Below, piece by piece: positions 16,940 to 24,958 of a DNA stretch of 43,248 nt (the first letter of the stretch is position 1; each line of letters begins with the position of its first letter). The translations under genes and the position numbers were made by a program. Source of the stretch: a virus (lineage: Duplodnaviria > Heunggongvirae > Uroviricota > Caudoviricetes); the IMG/VR virus record IMGVR_UViG_3300017788_000010; one strand, written 5' to 3'. Under the pieces are notes generated by a model. That model was given only the letters and a program-made list of their open reading frames with translations. It did not search any database and had not been told where the DNA came from.

Positions 16940-18431
16940 GAAACCTAAAGAAGAAAAGCCGAGTAATACCGGTGTTGTAGAAAAGCAATCCTTAGGAGAC
17001 GCTTTGGTTGCCGCCAGCATCGCCGTGCAAAAACAAGGTGGAGAACTTAGAGCCACGGCAGACACGACGGAGTTCAACAAGAAGCTGCTCTATACAGGTC
17101 TTCTTGAGGTAGATCTGAACCTGCGTATAGGGCTTCAAAGTAAATCTATGTTACTGGGTGAACCGTCTGCCGGTAAATCCCTGTTCATGTATATGATGAT
17201 AGCAGCCATACAAAGGACCTGCAGAGTCTGCCAAACACCCATCATTCCGTTCATTAACGACAAAACAGGAGAGACGCGCACTACCTGTAGGTGCGGTAAG
17301 AATGACGGAATGGTTGCTGTTCTCATAGATGCCGAGGGTGACTTCGACCCTCTATGGGCGCAGGCGTGGGGGGTACAGCTTGGGCATGGTGGTGAAAACG
17401 TGGACGCGTATCGGGAAATAGTCCCGGGCGTCAGGGTTTCGCCTAACGCCAAGTTTGTAATAGTCCGTTTGGACAATATTGACCAGATGGCTCCGGTTGT
17501 TCGACAGCTAGTATCTAAAGGTGCTGTTGACTTCGTGGGTATCGACGGTGTCATATCGTTAGAGACCAAGGAAGCGTCTGAAGGTAAAAACCAGCCTGGT
17601 ACTAAAGCTCGTGCGATTAGCCAGCTGGTGTCTGCTATAAACTCAGGCTCCGGCACGTGTTGGATTAGGTACAAAACCGCGCCCACTATGATCATATCTA
17701 ATCAATACCGTAACCGTATCGGAGGCATAAGCCCTCTGGCTGACCCCCGTGCGGCGGGCGGCGGGTATGCGCTAGCGCACCTAGCATTCCAAACGCTTCA
17801 CATAAGAACTTCCTACTCAGACGATACTGGCGGCTTCAAAGGCGTCAATGCCGAAGGCGAAGTCACCATAAAATCCAAGAAAGATAAGTTCAGTGGAAGC
17901 ACTGGCGCTGAATCGCAACATAGAGTCTATCTCCAAAAGATGTCGGTTAAGCGGGTGGAGTACAACACCGGCGATACCGACGAGGGGGCACGTCTGTGGA
18001 GCATCATCAGCGAACTAGGCGCCGCGGGAGACAAGCGCTGGTTCTATAAAGATACCAAAGGCTATCACGTTCTAGGCAGGACCTTTACCACTGCCAAAGA
18101 CATCCAGCTTTTCCTAGCAAGACCCGACATCGGTTTCCAGCTTCGGCTGCCTATCTTTTGTCTAAAACTAAATCCCGTGCTGCGCAATCATTTAAACGTT
18201 GAGCAGTACAATTATAATCCTTTCAAAGACGAGCCTATTCTGGAGCTCATAAATGAAGCGAAAAATGTCCTTGGAAAGCCTGTTCAGCCGAATGAGCCAG
18301 GAACAGACGCAAGAGGAGAAGAGGCTTCTATCGAAAATATCCTCGGCGGTCTCGACTCCTTCCTCGACGACGCCGCCAGAGATGTTGACGCTACAAGCGA
18401 TCCAGAACCGCAACCAGTCATTGAAGAGTGA
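16932..18431 (+). CDS. recA: RecA/UvsX-like recombinase with Cys-rich insertion
   Basis: Walker A GEPSAGKS, LIDAEGDFDPLWAQAWGV, Walker B VDFVGIDG, KARAISQ, IISNQYR and GGYALAH. Confidence 0.85.
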   Translation: MVKKPKEEKPSNTGVVEKQSLGDALVAASIAVQKQGGELRATADTTEFNKKLLYTGLLEVDLNLRIGLQSKSMLLGEPSAGKSLFMYMMIAAIQRTCRVCQTPIIPFINDKTGETRTTCRCGKNDGMVAVLIDAEGDFDPLWAQAWGVQLGHGGENVDAYREIVPGVRVSPNAKFVIVRLDNIDQMAPVVRQLVSKGAVDFVGIDGVISLETKEASEGKNQPGTKARAISQLVSAINSGSGTCWIRYKTAPTMIISNQYRNRIGGISPLADPRAAGGGYALAHLAFQTLHIRTSYSDDTGGFKGVNAEGEVTIKSKKDKFSGSTGAESQHRVYLQKMSVKRVEYNTGDTDEGARLWSIISELGAAGDKRWFYKDTKGYHVLGRTFTTAKDIQLFLARPDIGFQLRLPIFCLKLNPVLRNHLNVEQYNYNPFKDEPILELINEAKNVLGKPVQPNEPGTDARGEEASIENILGGLDSFLDDAARDVDATSDPEPQPVIEE

Positions 18432-18915
18432 GCAGTGGGTAGAGGACCGGACCGGACTCAGGCGCGTACCTGGGTCCGGGTGTGGTCTTGTATACAAAGG
18501 CGATAACGGTAATCGCCTGTGGCATTATGAAGATAAATCAACAAGAGCAGATTATCTCTGTATTAAGCTGGCGTGGTTAGATAAAGCTAAAACACAAGCT
18601 AACTCTAAACAAAAGCCTTACTATGCGCTAGGCGTTTCCGGTAAGACGCGTATAATCGTTCTTCCAGAGCCGTTCTTACTAGCCGTGGGCTGGAAGGCTG
18701 CGCCTGGGTTTGATTTCATAACAGCGGTTCAACATAAATCACTAACAAAACACCACTTATATATGTGTACGGCATTAGATACCTTAAAAGAAAAAGAATA
18801 TATACCGCTCGGTTTCTTCAATAAAACAACCGGCATAACAAATAAGTACGGCATAGTGTCTGAAGAGGTGTTTGCCGCCCTGGTGAGGATAGCGGAGCAG
18901 CTAAACCATGATTAG
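18382..18915 (+). CDS. PD-(D/E)XK nuclease, putative Hjc-type Holliday junction resolvase
   Basis: S..SEQ.V....G.RRVPGSG.....KGD.....YEDKST...LAWLDKAKTQA pattern. The start is uncertain (18292, 18382 or TTG 18421) and overlaps the recA 3' end. Confidence 0.6.
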   Translation: MLTLQAIQNRNQSLKSEQWVEDRTGLRRVPGSGCGLVYKGDNGNRLWHYEDKSTRADYLCIKLAWLDKAKTQANSKQKPYYALGVSGKTRIIVLPEPFLLAVGWKAAPGFDFITAVQHKSLTKHHLYMCTALDTLKEKEYIPLGFFNKTTGITNKYGIVSEEVFAALVRIAEQLNHD

Positions 18916-19897
18916 TGCATCACTAAAGGCATTTTTCCACAACCTCACAAAAGTCACGATAAAACCAATCGTGGCTATAGATCTGTCGGCTGTTTTAAAC
19001 GCTGCACTAGTGACAAGCACTGTCCGAGAATCGCGGGACGTCTACTACGCTAGTAGTCTGCCTTATATGTGCGATGTCAAAGAGGTGTTTAAGCGCGTAG
19101 AGAATATGTGGAAAGAGCCGGCCGAGACAGACCCGGGCTCGCTAAAGCTCATGGCGCTAGGCACCGCTATACACAGCCTCACACAGAACAAACTATTCGC
19201 ACAAAAGAATCTCTTGTGGGGTAATTGGAAGTGCCGTAGCTGCGGCACCACAGTAACGCACTCATTCAGACCGGCGCTCTGCAGTAATACAGTCAAAACC
19301 ACAGATATTATAGGAAATGTCGTAGAAGACACCTGTGTAAACAGATTAAAAAAGCAAGAAGAAAAGTGGGAGTACTCAGAATTATCCCTAGTATGTGAAA
19401 CCAAGAACATACGCGGGCGCTGTGATGGTATCATATTTATAAACGACAAGTGGTATATACTAGAACTCAAAACAGTATCTGACTTGGCTATAGACGATAC
19501 TAGATACACTATTGTGAAGACACACAAGGTTGTGGTAGAAGAGGCCTTTAACAGACTACCGAACCAGGGCCATGTCGATCAAGCGTCAATATACAACGGC
19601 CTAGTTATGAATATGATACAGGAAGGAAAACTCCCTCTTTCTATACAAACCTTTGGCGGGGCGCTACTTATGTATGCTTCTAGAGGAGAGCTAAAAATCC
19701 GAACTTTTTGCATACCTGCCAGCACTCAGGCGTATACTTATTATGCGGGGCGTATTGACAACATAACAATGCTGGTCAACCAAAAGAGCCCCCTTAACGG
19801 AACAAAAAAATGCAGCTCCCGTACATCCGTGTACGCTAGGAGCTGTCCTTTTATTGACAAGTGTTTTCCTAAAACAAGAAGCAAGAAAGTCACTTAA
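18908..19897 (+). CDS. Cas4-like / PD-(D/E)XK exonuclease
   Basis: GTAIH, RGRCDGII, ILELKT and HVDQASIY. An N-terminal Cys (YMCD) plus C-terminal C...RSCPFIDKC fits an Fe-S staple, and there is a CxxC insertion. Confidence 0.75.
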   Translation: MISASLKAFFHNLTKVTIKPIVAIDLSAVLNAALVTSTVRESRDVYYASSLPYMCDVKEVFKRVENMWKEPAETDPGSLKLMALGTAIHSLTQNKLFAQKNLLWGNWKCRSCGTTVTHSFRPALCSNTVKTTDIIGNVVEDTCVNRLKKQEEKWEYSELSLVCETKNIRGRCDGIIFINDKWYILELKTVSDLAIDDTRYTIVKTHKVVVEEAFNRLPNQGHVDQASIYNGLVMNMIQEGKLPLSIQTFGGALLMYASRGELKIRTFCIPASTQAYTYYAGRIDNITMLVNQKSPLNGTKKCSSRTSVYARSCPFIDKCFPKTRSKKVT

Positions 19898-21144
19898 TGG
19901 AAGCAATGACACTAAAGGCGGCGAAAGCGCTACAGCAGGCGGGCAAAGAGATTATAGAAAAGGGAGAGGCGCCGTTCAAGACAGACGGGTCTGTTTCTGT
20001 TCTAGAAGACCGCGCTAAGGCGTTAGCCAGTAGTAAAGACGGCAGCGAAGCCGAACTCAGTTTCGTGCTTTATGCCCTACGCGAAACTCGCGGATATTTA
20101 GATAAGAGCTATTCACGCTTTGTAGACTATGCAGAAGCGGAGCTCGGCATCGGAGCTACAAAAGCAAATGCCCTCGCAGCCGCCTGGGAAATGTTTGTTA
20201 AACTAGGCCTCTCCACCACCGCCCTAGGCGGGGAGAACCACATCAGCTGGAGTAAGTTTAGATTACTACGGCCCGCTGTGGAAAAAGGCATCATCACTGA
20301 GGGTAATATTCTAGAGTGGTTGCCCAGAGTCTCCGTAGCCAAGAACGGGCTAGCTATGCGTGATTCTGATCTGATAACACAGGTTAAGCGTTTAGTGGAA
20401 GTGGATAGCGTGGAAGAAGCCACCGATACAGAGCGCCTTATTACATTGAAAATGAAAATCCCTGGGGAAAGGGTAGAAGAGCTGCACACATATGAGGACG
20501 TAATACGTCAAGGTATGGAGATAGAAGATAGAGGTATGCAGCACCTCAAAGCCATGGAGATGCTGTCTAACGGCATCGTAGCCGGAAACGTAGAGGCAGC
20601 TAAGCTGTACGGTTTGAGTGGACTAAAGCGCGCGGCTGAGTCTATGTACCCGGGTATCGTATGCACCTTCTTAGCTACAGAAGGGGTTCGCGATGCCTAT
20701 AAAGAAATCGACATAGTTCCGATTAGCTTCGTTTATCAAGCTTATGTAGATATAGGCGGCAAGCGTCAGCTGGTGCATACTTTGGCGCACGATGACGCCG
20801 CCGCAGAAGAAATGCTAGGAACCAAAGAATTTCGTAGGTACAGCATCTACGTTCCTGGTTTGACAGAGCCCGAGAAAAAGCCAGTCCCGGCACCCGTCGA
20901 AGAGGCGGCTGCATCGGTAGCGGTCGATATAACTGACCCCGATCTAGCTCCGTCGCCGGTACTCACAGCCGCGATAAAGGCAATGACCACGGTTCTTATA
21001 GATAAAAAAATTCTGTCGAAAGACGGGTGTGCACAGAAGCTGAAAGCTCTAAAAACAGATATTGACGACGACCGTCGGTGGCTGATAGCTAGTGCTAAAT
21101 GGTTGATTGATATATGCAAAGAGAATCAAATAGTGTTGAGGTAG
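19897..21144 (+). CDS. Hypothetical protein, possibly DNA-binding
   Basis: 415 aa. LY.L...RGYL...Y..F.DY....LGI....A..L ... ISWSKFRLL resembles a recurrent phage helical domain; function not assignable. Confidence 0.6.
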   Translation: MEAMTLKAAKALQQAGKEIIEKGEAPFKTDGSVSVLEDRAKALASSKDGSEAELSFVLYALRETRGYLDKSYSRFVDYAEAELGIGATKANALAAAWEMFVKLGLSTTALGGENHISWSKFRLLRPAVEKGIITEGNILEWLPRVSVAKNGLAMRDSDLITQVKRLVEVDSVEEATDTERLITLKMKIPGERVEELHTYEDVIRQGMEIEDRGMQHLKAMEMLSNGIVAGNVEAAKLYGLSGLKRAAESMYPGIVCTFLATEGVRDAYKEIDIVPISFVYQAYVDIGGKRQLVHTLAHDDAAAEEMLGTKEFRRYSIYVPGLTEPEKKPVPAPVEEAAASVAVDITDPDLAPSPVLTAAIKAMTTVLIDKKILSKDGCAQKLKALKTDIDDDRRWLIASAKWLIDICKENQIVLR

Positions 21145-21584
21145 TTATTAACGTAGATGCCTCAAAGACGGCGACTGGCGCGGCCTTCTCCTGTAGGATA
21201 AGCGATATCACATATGAAAAAGCATTCTTTAAAGGAACATATCATAGCGCCTTTCTTCCTAATAACCTAACGGCCTCTAGTGCAGAAGCTATGGGCGTGT
21301 TAGAATCAATGCTCTTCCTAGAACGTATTTTGCATGGGCTGTCTGTACCACCTAGGATCGTCAACCTACGCATAAATACGGATTGCTTCTATGTTGTTTC
21401 TTCGTTAGAGAATCATAAACGACTTCCTATCATCAAAGACATACTAGAAAGATCTCGACGCTTTAAGGGCGTATCAGTAAAGAAAGTCACAGCGAAGAGT
21501 AATGTGTTTAAAAAAGTACATAAAACGGCTATACGAAAAAGACGGGCCTATTCCACTTCTCAACCTATAAGATCAGCCAGATGA
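21114..21584 (+). CDS. RNase H-like protein
   Basis: VINVDAS (D1), SSAEAMGV (E2) and LRINTDCFYVV (D3) are spaced as in RNase HI. The fourth acidic site appears as NVFKKVHKTA. Confidence 0.6.
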   Translation: MQRESNSVEVVINVDASKTATGAAFSCRISDITYEKAFFKGTYHSAFLPNNLTASSAEAMGVLESMLFLERILHGLSVPPRIVNLRINTDCFYVVSSLENHKRLPIIKDILERSRRFKGVSVKKVTAKSNVFKKVHKTAIRKRRAYSTSQPIRSAR

Positions 21585-21946
21585 CAGAACCTTTTTGGAC
21601 ATTCATACCTCAAAAGCTCATAATCGCCGCAACGAACAATCAGGGGTTAATGGCCCCTGATGTCACGGTCAGCGGGTGGTTTAGTTTGGTTACAATAGCA
21701 GATGTGGAAAAAGGCCCTAACGCAACGGAGCCTACCGTAGTACCTACAATACTGACTCCAGCAGACCAGCCTGTAGTGCTCAAAGTTCCGGCTAGCCTAT
21801 TACACAATAAGAACACAGAAGAACTATCAACACAAGACATAATTGCTGGATTGAACAAACTATTCTCTTACAAATTCAACAACATACCCTCAGTACCAGA
21901 CGAGACTACGATAAAAATACCGCCCTCAAAGCGTAGAGTAAAATAG
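21581..21946 (+). CDS. Hypothetical protein
   Basis: 121-aa ORF with ATGA coupling to the previous gene. Confidence 0.6.
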   Translation: MTEPFWTFIPQKLIIAATNNQGLMAPDVTVSGWFSLVTIADVEKGPNATEPTVVPTILTPADQPVVLKVPASLLHNKNTEELSTQDIIAGLNKLFSYKFNNIPSVPDETTIKIPPSKRRVK

Positions 21947-21950
21947 TAAC

Positions 21951-22601
21951 GTGAAGGTTCTAGCATTTGATCCGGCCACTATACTGGTGGGGGTAGCGTG
22001 TTTGGAGTCCGTAAACGGAACAATACGTCTACTCGATTGCGGTAAAGTAGACCTAGGGGACCAAAATCCCCTAGGTTTTAGGCTGGTTCAAATGCGACAA
22101 ATTGCGCTAGATTTGATTAAAAAACACAACCCAGACATAATCGCTATCGAATACGTCCGCTTCAACAGAGGCAGCGTAGCTAATTTTGATAGTCTAAGTA
22201 AGGTACTGCTTATGACTGGCGTATTATATGAAGCGGCTGCCGGGCACAGGCTACCTCTGGCACTACTAAGCGCTTCTCAGGTTAGAGGCCTTATAGGGAA
22301 CAAAGAGAAGGCTTCCGGTAAAAAGAAAAAAGTTACAAAATCAATAGTAGAGACCCGCTTCAAATCTGATATACTTGCTATCAGAGGAGCGCTGTTTAAG
22401 GCCTCCGATTTAGATATAACTGACGCTATTGCCCTTGGATGGGTATCCTTCTCTACCATGGAAAAAGACCTAATTAAGTACGGGGTCATTAAATGCCCTG
22501 CTTGTGGATCGCAATCCGTTCATGAAATACGACGTGAGGCGACATCTACATACAAATGCGATACTTGCGGGAAAGAATTCGATGAGACTACGCCGCGGTA
22601 A
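21951..22601 (+). CDS. ruvC: RuvC-family Holliday junction resolvase with C-terminal Zn ribbon
   Basis: MKVLAFDPAT (D), IAIEYV (E) and ITDAIALG (D), followed by CPACGS...YKCDTCGKEF. Confidence 0.82.
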   Translation: MKVLAFDPATILVGVACLESVNGTIRLLDCGKVDLGDQNPLGFRLVQMRQIALDLIKKHNPDIIAIEYVRFNRGSVANFDSLSKVLLMTGVLYEAAAGHRLPLALLSASQVRGLIGNKEKASGKKKKVTKSIVETRFKSDILAIRGALFKASDLDITDAIALGWVSFSTMEKDLIKYGVIKCPACGSQSVHEIRREATSTYKCDTCGKEFDETTPR

Positions 22602-23004
22602 AAAAATAGAAATACCTGTAACCTTCGAGGTTCAGGAAGATATAAAGAGAATATCTGATAACTCGGATAGATCCATTCAAGAAGTTCTATACTACTTTGC
22701 CTATACAGGCCTGAACAAGGCAACTATGAGTAAGATAGCTAGTCTGCCTTTTGTAGAAAAAGGAAAGCGCAAACACTACCGGCTATACATGCGATTGCCC
22801 ACAAGAGCAGTCTCTACCTTAGATGATATAGCCTGGCAGCACGGATTCGCTCCTTACATATCAAACAATAATGGCGGTGGATATGTTATAGGGCTGTGCG
22901 CCAACTGGTGCTTAAAAGAAAACTCCGTAAAGTATTGGATAGCTTTTTTCTCTTCTGGATGTGACTTACAAGAAATAATAGAGGATACATTATGGCAAGC
23001 GTAG
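22582..23004 (+). CDS. Hypothetical protein, possible tandem ribbon-helix-helix regulator
   Basis: ATG 22582 is preferred. IPVTFEVQEDIKRISDNSDRSIQEVL and LYMRLPTRAVSTLDDIAWQHG both look like beta-helix-helix units. Confidence 0.45.
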   Translation: MRLRRGKKIEIPVTFEVQEDIKRISDNSDRSIQEVLYYFAYTGLNKATMSKIASLPFVEKGKRKHYRLYMRLPTRAVSTLDDIAWQHGFAPYISNNNGGGYVIGLCANWCLKENSVKYWIAFFSSGCDLQEIIEDTLWQA

Positions 23005-23372
23005 ATCTGTCAAAGACATTGGCGGGCGCAGAAGGCTTAGGGATACAGCCGGTAACTTTTACCAACATCCCTCTAGCCCTTCCAGAAAGCCCGCTAATGC
23101 TTGTGGCGCACGGTATAGATGCTACTAGAGGTTCTTCTGTTAAACTGATATATCAGTTCAAAAACGTGTCTGTAAAAGACATGTACCGTATGGGAAAGGT
23201 GCTAAACTTCCTAGTGAAGGAACTGGGCTATAGCACATCCTATGCGTCAGCCGGACCTAGCCCCGTCTACAGAAATCAATGGGACTTTATTTACTGCGAC
23301 GTGCCGCTTATAAACGTCCCCTTCGTTCAGGAACTCGTCTTAAAAAGAATAAAGGCTGAGTACAGTTTATGA
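22992..23372 (+). CDS. Hypothetical protein
   Basis: 126-aa ORF with RBS GAGG, coupled to the sigma gene. Confidence 0.6.
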   Translation: MASVDLSKTLAGAEGLGIQPVTFTNIPLALPESPLMLVAHGIDATRGSSVKLIYQFKNVSVKDMYRMGKVLNFLVKELGYSTSYASAGPSPVYRNQWDFIYCDVPLINVPFVQELVLKRIKAEYSL

Positions 23373-24169
23373 CGTCAGAATTTCAGCAGTATTACGAATC
23401 TTTCAGGCTAAAAAAGCCGTACACGGCTAAAGCAGAAAGAACGATGCTGCGGAAGATAAAGGCAGGAAACGTCTCTGCCAAACAAGAATTCATTGAACAC
23501 AACATGCGGCTTGTTTTAAGCTGCGTGTTGCGTTTCGTTAAATCAACTGATCCTAAAGCCATGGATCTGGTATCTGCTGGTACTCTAGGCCTTATAAAAG
23601 CTATTGATGATTTCAAGATATCAAAGACAAATAGATTCTCTACCTACGCAGTCTGGTGGATCAAAGCCAGGATACGAAAAGAACTCGGGCACATAAAGCC
23701 GCGCATACATCAGAACAAGCTGATGCACGCTCAGTACAAGACAGCGGCAGAGCTTTTGAGAAGCGTATTGCACCGAGACCCCGCACAAGAAGAAGTCTTT
23801 TCAGAACTAGGTTGGTCCAACGCGTCCATAGCTAAGTTTTCGATAGAGTCTGAAAGACAGATAGTGCCCATAGAGACAATCTCCGCCGAGATAGAAGACG
23901 GCAGTGCTGCAGACAGCGCGCTCACGCTGGCAGCAGAAGACGCTGTGCTGGATCCTGTATTCATGTCGGAGGATTGTGTTAGATTACACAGCGCACTGAA
24001 TCAACTGGCGCCGGTTCTCGAAGACATCATCAGACGGCACTACGGGCTCGGTTTCGTCGACACAGCGACCTACGATGAGCTGGCTAGTTTCTACGGGTTT
24101 ACCAGAGAACGTGTACGTCAATTAGAGAACGAAGGTCTTAGAAAGCTGTGGATGCTTTTAAACAACTGA
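23369..24169 (+). CDS. Phage-encoded sigma-70-family RNA polymerase sigma factor
   Basis: Region 1.2-like N-terminus; region 2 EFIEHNMRLV...DLVSAGTLGLIKAIDDF...RFSTYAVWWI; region 4 IIRRHYGLG...TYDELASFYGFTRERVRQLE. Confidence 0.9.
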   Translation: MTSEFQQYYESFRLKKPYTAKAERTMLRKIKAGNVSAKQEFIEHNMRLVLSCVLRFVKSTDPKAMDLVSAGTLGLIKAIDDFKISKTNRFSTYAVWWIKARIRKELGHIKPRIHQNKLMHAQYKTAAELLRSVLHRDPAQEEVFSELGWSNASIAKFSIESERQIVPIETISAEIEDGSAADSALTLAAEDAVLDPVFMSEDCVRLHSALNQLAPVLEDIIRRHYGLGFVDTATYDELASFYGFTRERVRQLENEGLRKLWMLLNN

Positions 24170-24180
24170 TCAAAGCCCTA

Positions 24181-24209
24181 CAAAAATATCTGCTATTGTG
24201 GCATAAGAT
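24181..24209 (+). promoter_or_regulatory. Putative phage promoter, copy 2 (A-rich-N13-GGCATAAGAT)
   Basis: CAAAAA 24181-86, 13 nt, GGCATAAGAT 24200-24209. Confidence 0.55.
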
Positions 24210-24215
24210 AATTGA

Positions 24216-24240
24216 GTAAGGCACGTCGCCTTGCTTTTTT
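24216..24240 (+). terminator. Hairpin plus U6, terminator-like
   Basis: GTAAGGC-ACGTC-GCCTTGC followed by TTTTTT. Confidence 0.5.
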
Positions 24241-24263
24241 CCACAATTCTTACGGGTGATCTG

Positions 24264-24656
24264 GTGTCTAATACTCAGTACGAGCTAACAGACGAGCACC
24301 GCGCTCAGATTAAGCCATGGACAGATAAGTGGGTGAGAAACGCCATGAGCACGGCGCCTATCACCTCCGACGACAGAATCGCCATGGTCGAGGCTGTTCG
24401 CGGTATGTATCGCGCCGCCGGGATGGAACCTCCCCCGGACAATCGCATCATTTTTGTTGATTCACCTATTGAAGCTTCCTTCCTAGCTGGCATGGCTGCG
24501 TGGCGGTGGTTCATCCACACCGAGCCCGAAAAAGCTAAGCCGCTGGTCGATGCCTTCGCCCCTACCTGGGACGCTCCGGCTCCTGATAACGACTATGATC
24601 GTACTATTCTTGAACGATTCATGGCGCGTCTGCGCAAAATCTGTCCTCCGGAATAG
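24264..24656 (+). CDS. DUF6745-like protein, N-terminal piece
   Basis: GTG 24264 with RBS GGGTGA. YELTDEHRAQIKPWTDKWVRNAMST...AVRGMYRAAG..PP...IIFVDSP is the typical N-terminal domain of phage DUF6745-containing proteins (recalled). Confidence 0.65.
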   Translation: MSNTQYELTDEHRAQIKPWTDKWVRNAMSTAPITSDDRIAMVEAVRGMYRAAGMEPPPDNRIIFVDSPIEASFLAGMAAWRWFIHTEPEKAKPLVDAFAPTWDAPAPDNDYDRTILERFMARLRKICPPE

Positions 24657-24684
24657 CTAGGCGTATCCACACTTTTACATTATA

Positions 24685-24903
24685 ATGTTTAACAGAGGCG
24701 ATCGGGACTCTTTTGATACTCGATACGGGATAAGCGTCTATTGGATAGACAAGCTCCTGGTATCCGCAGCATCTGAGCGGCTTACGCATGCCATCGGCGC
24801 GCACCTGCTACACCGCGTAATAGAGAGCGGAACGATCGGCGCGCAGAATATAAACTCAGAGAATATTTTAAGCATGGATGAGATCGATAATCCGCAGTCA
24901 TAA
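24685..24903 (+). CDS. Short ORF in the gap of the split DUF6745-like gene (possibly vestigial)
   Basis: 72 aa, AT-richer, no clear RBS. Contains an 11-nt in-frame direct repeat ATCGGCGCGCA (24793, 24835) encoding IGA(H/Q). Confidence 0.3.
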   Translation: MFNRGDRDSFDTRYGISVYWIDKLLVSAASERLTHAIGAHLLHRVIESGTIGAQNINSENILSMDEIDNPQS

Positions 24904-24958
24904 ATAAATACCTTACTCACACAAAAACCGTCGATAGTTACCTTCAGGGACGCAAACG

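Noticed and set aside
908-18431. Inteins in DnaB, RNR, PolA, helicase or RecA
   Set aside because: No C/S-start...HN-C/S/T splice junctions, and domain lengths are accounted for. The inserts present are Cys-rich or helical, not Hint-like.
18908-19897. Cas4-like gene as part of a CRISPR-Cas locus
   Set aside because: No cas1, cas2 or array nearby; solo Cas4-like nucleases are common in phage recombination modules.
21951-22601. TnpB/Cas12f-like RNA-guided nuclease
   Set aside because: Only 216 aa, RuvC-I is at the extreme N-terminus with no REC/WED region, the Zn ribbon follows RuvC-III, and there is no adjacent non-coding space for a guide RNA.
24654-24692. TAG reassignment or read-through joining the DUF6745 halves
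   Set aside because: Reading through TAG 24654 hits TAA at 24690-92. TAG also ends well-defined genes such as nrdJ right after CPIK, so the standard code fits.
24657-24958. Second group I intron in the DUF6745 gap (GACTC at 24706, CAGTC at 24895)
   Set aside because: There is no P4/P5/P6 domain upstream of the GACT, no AAGxTAxAGTC-type S element, and no convincing P1 or terminal-G junction.
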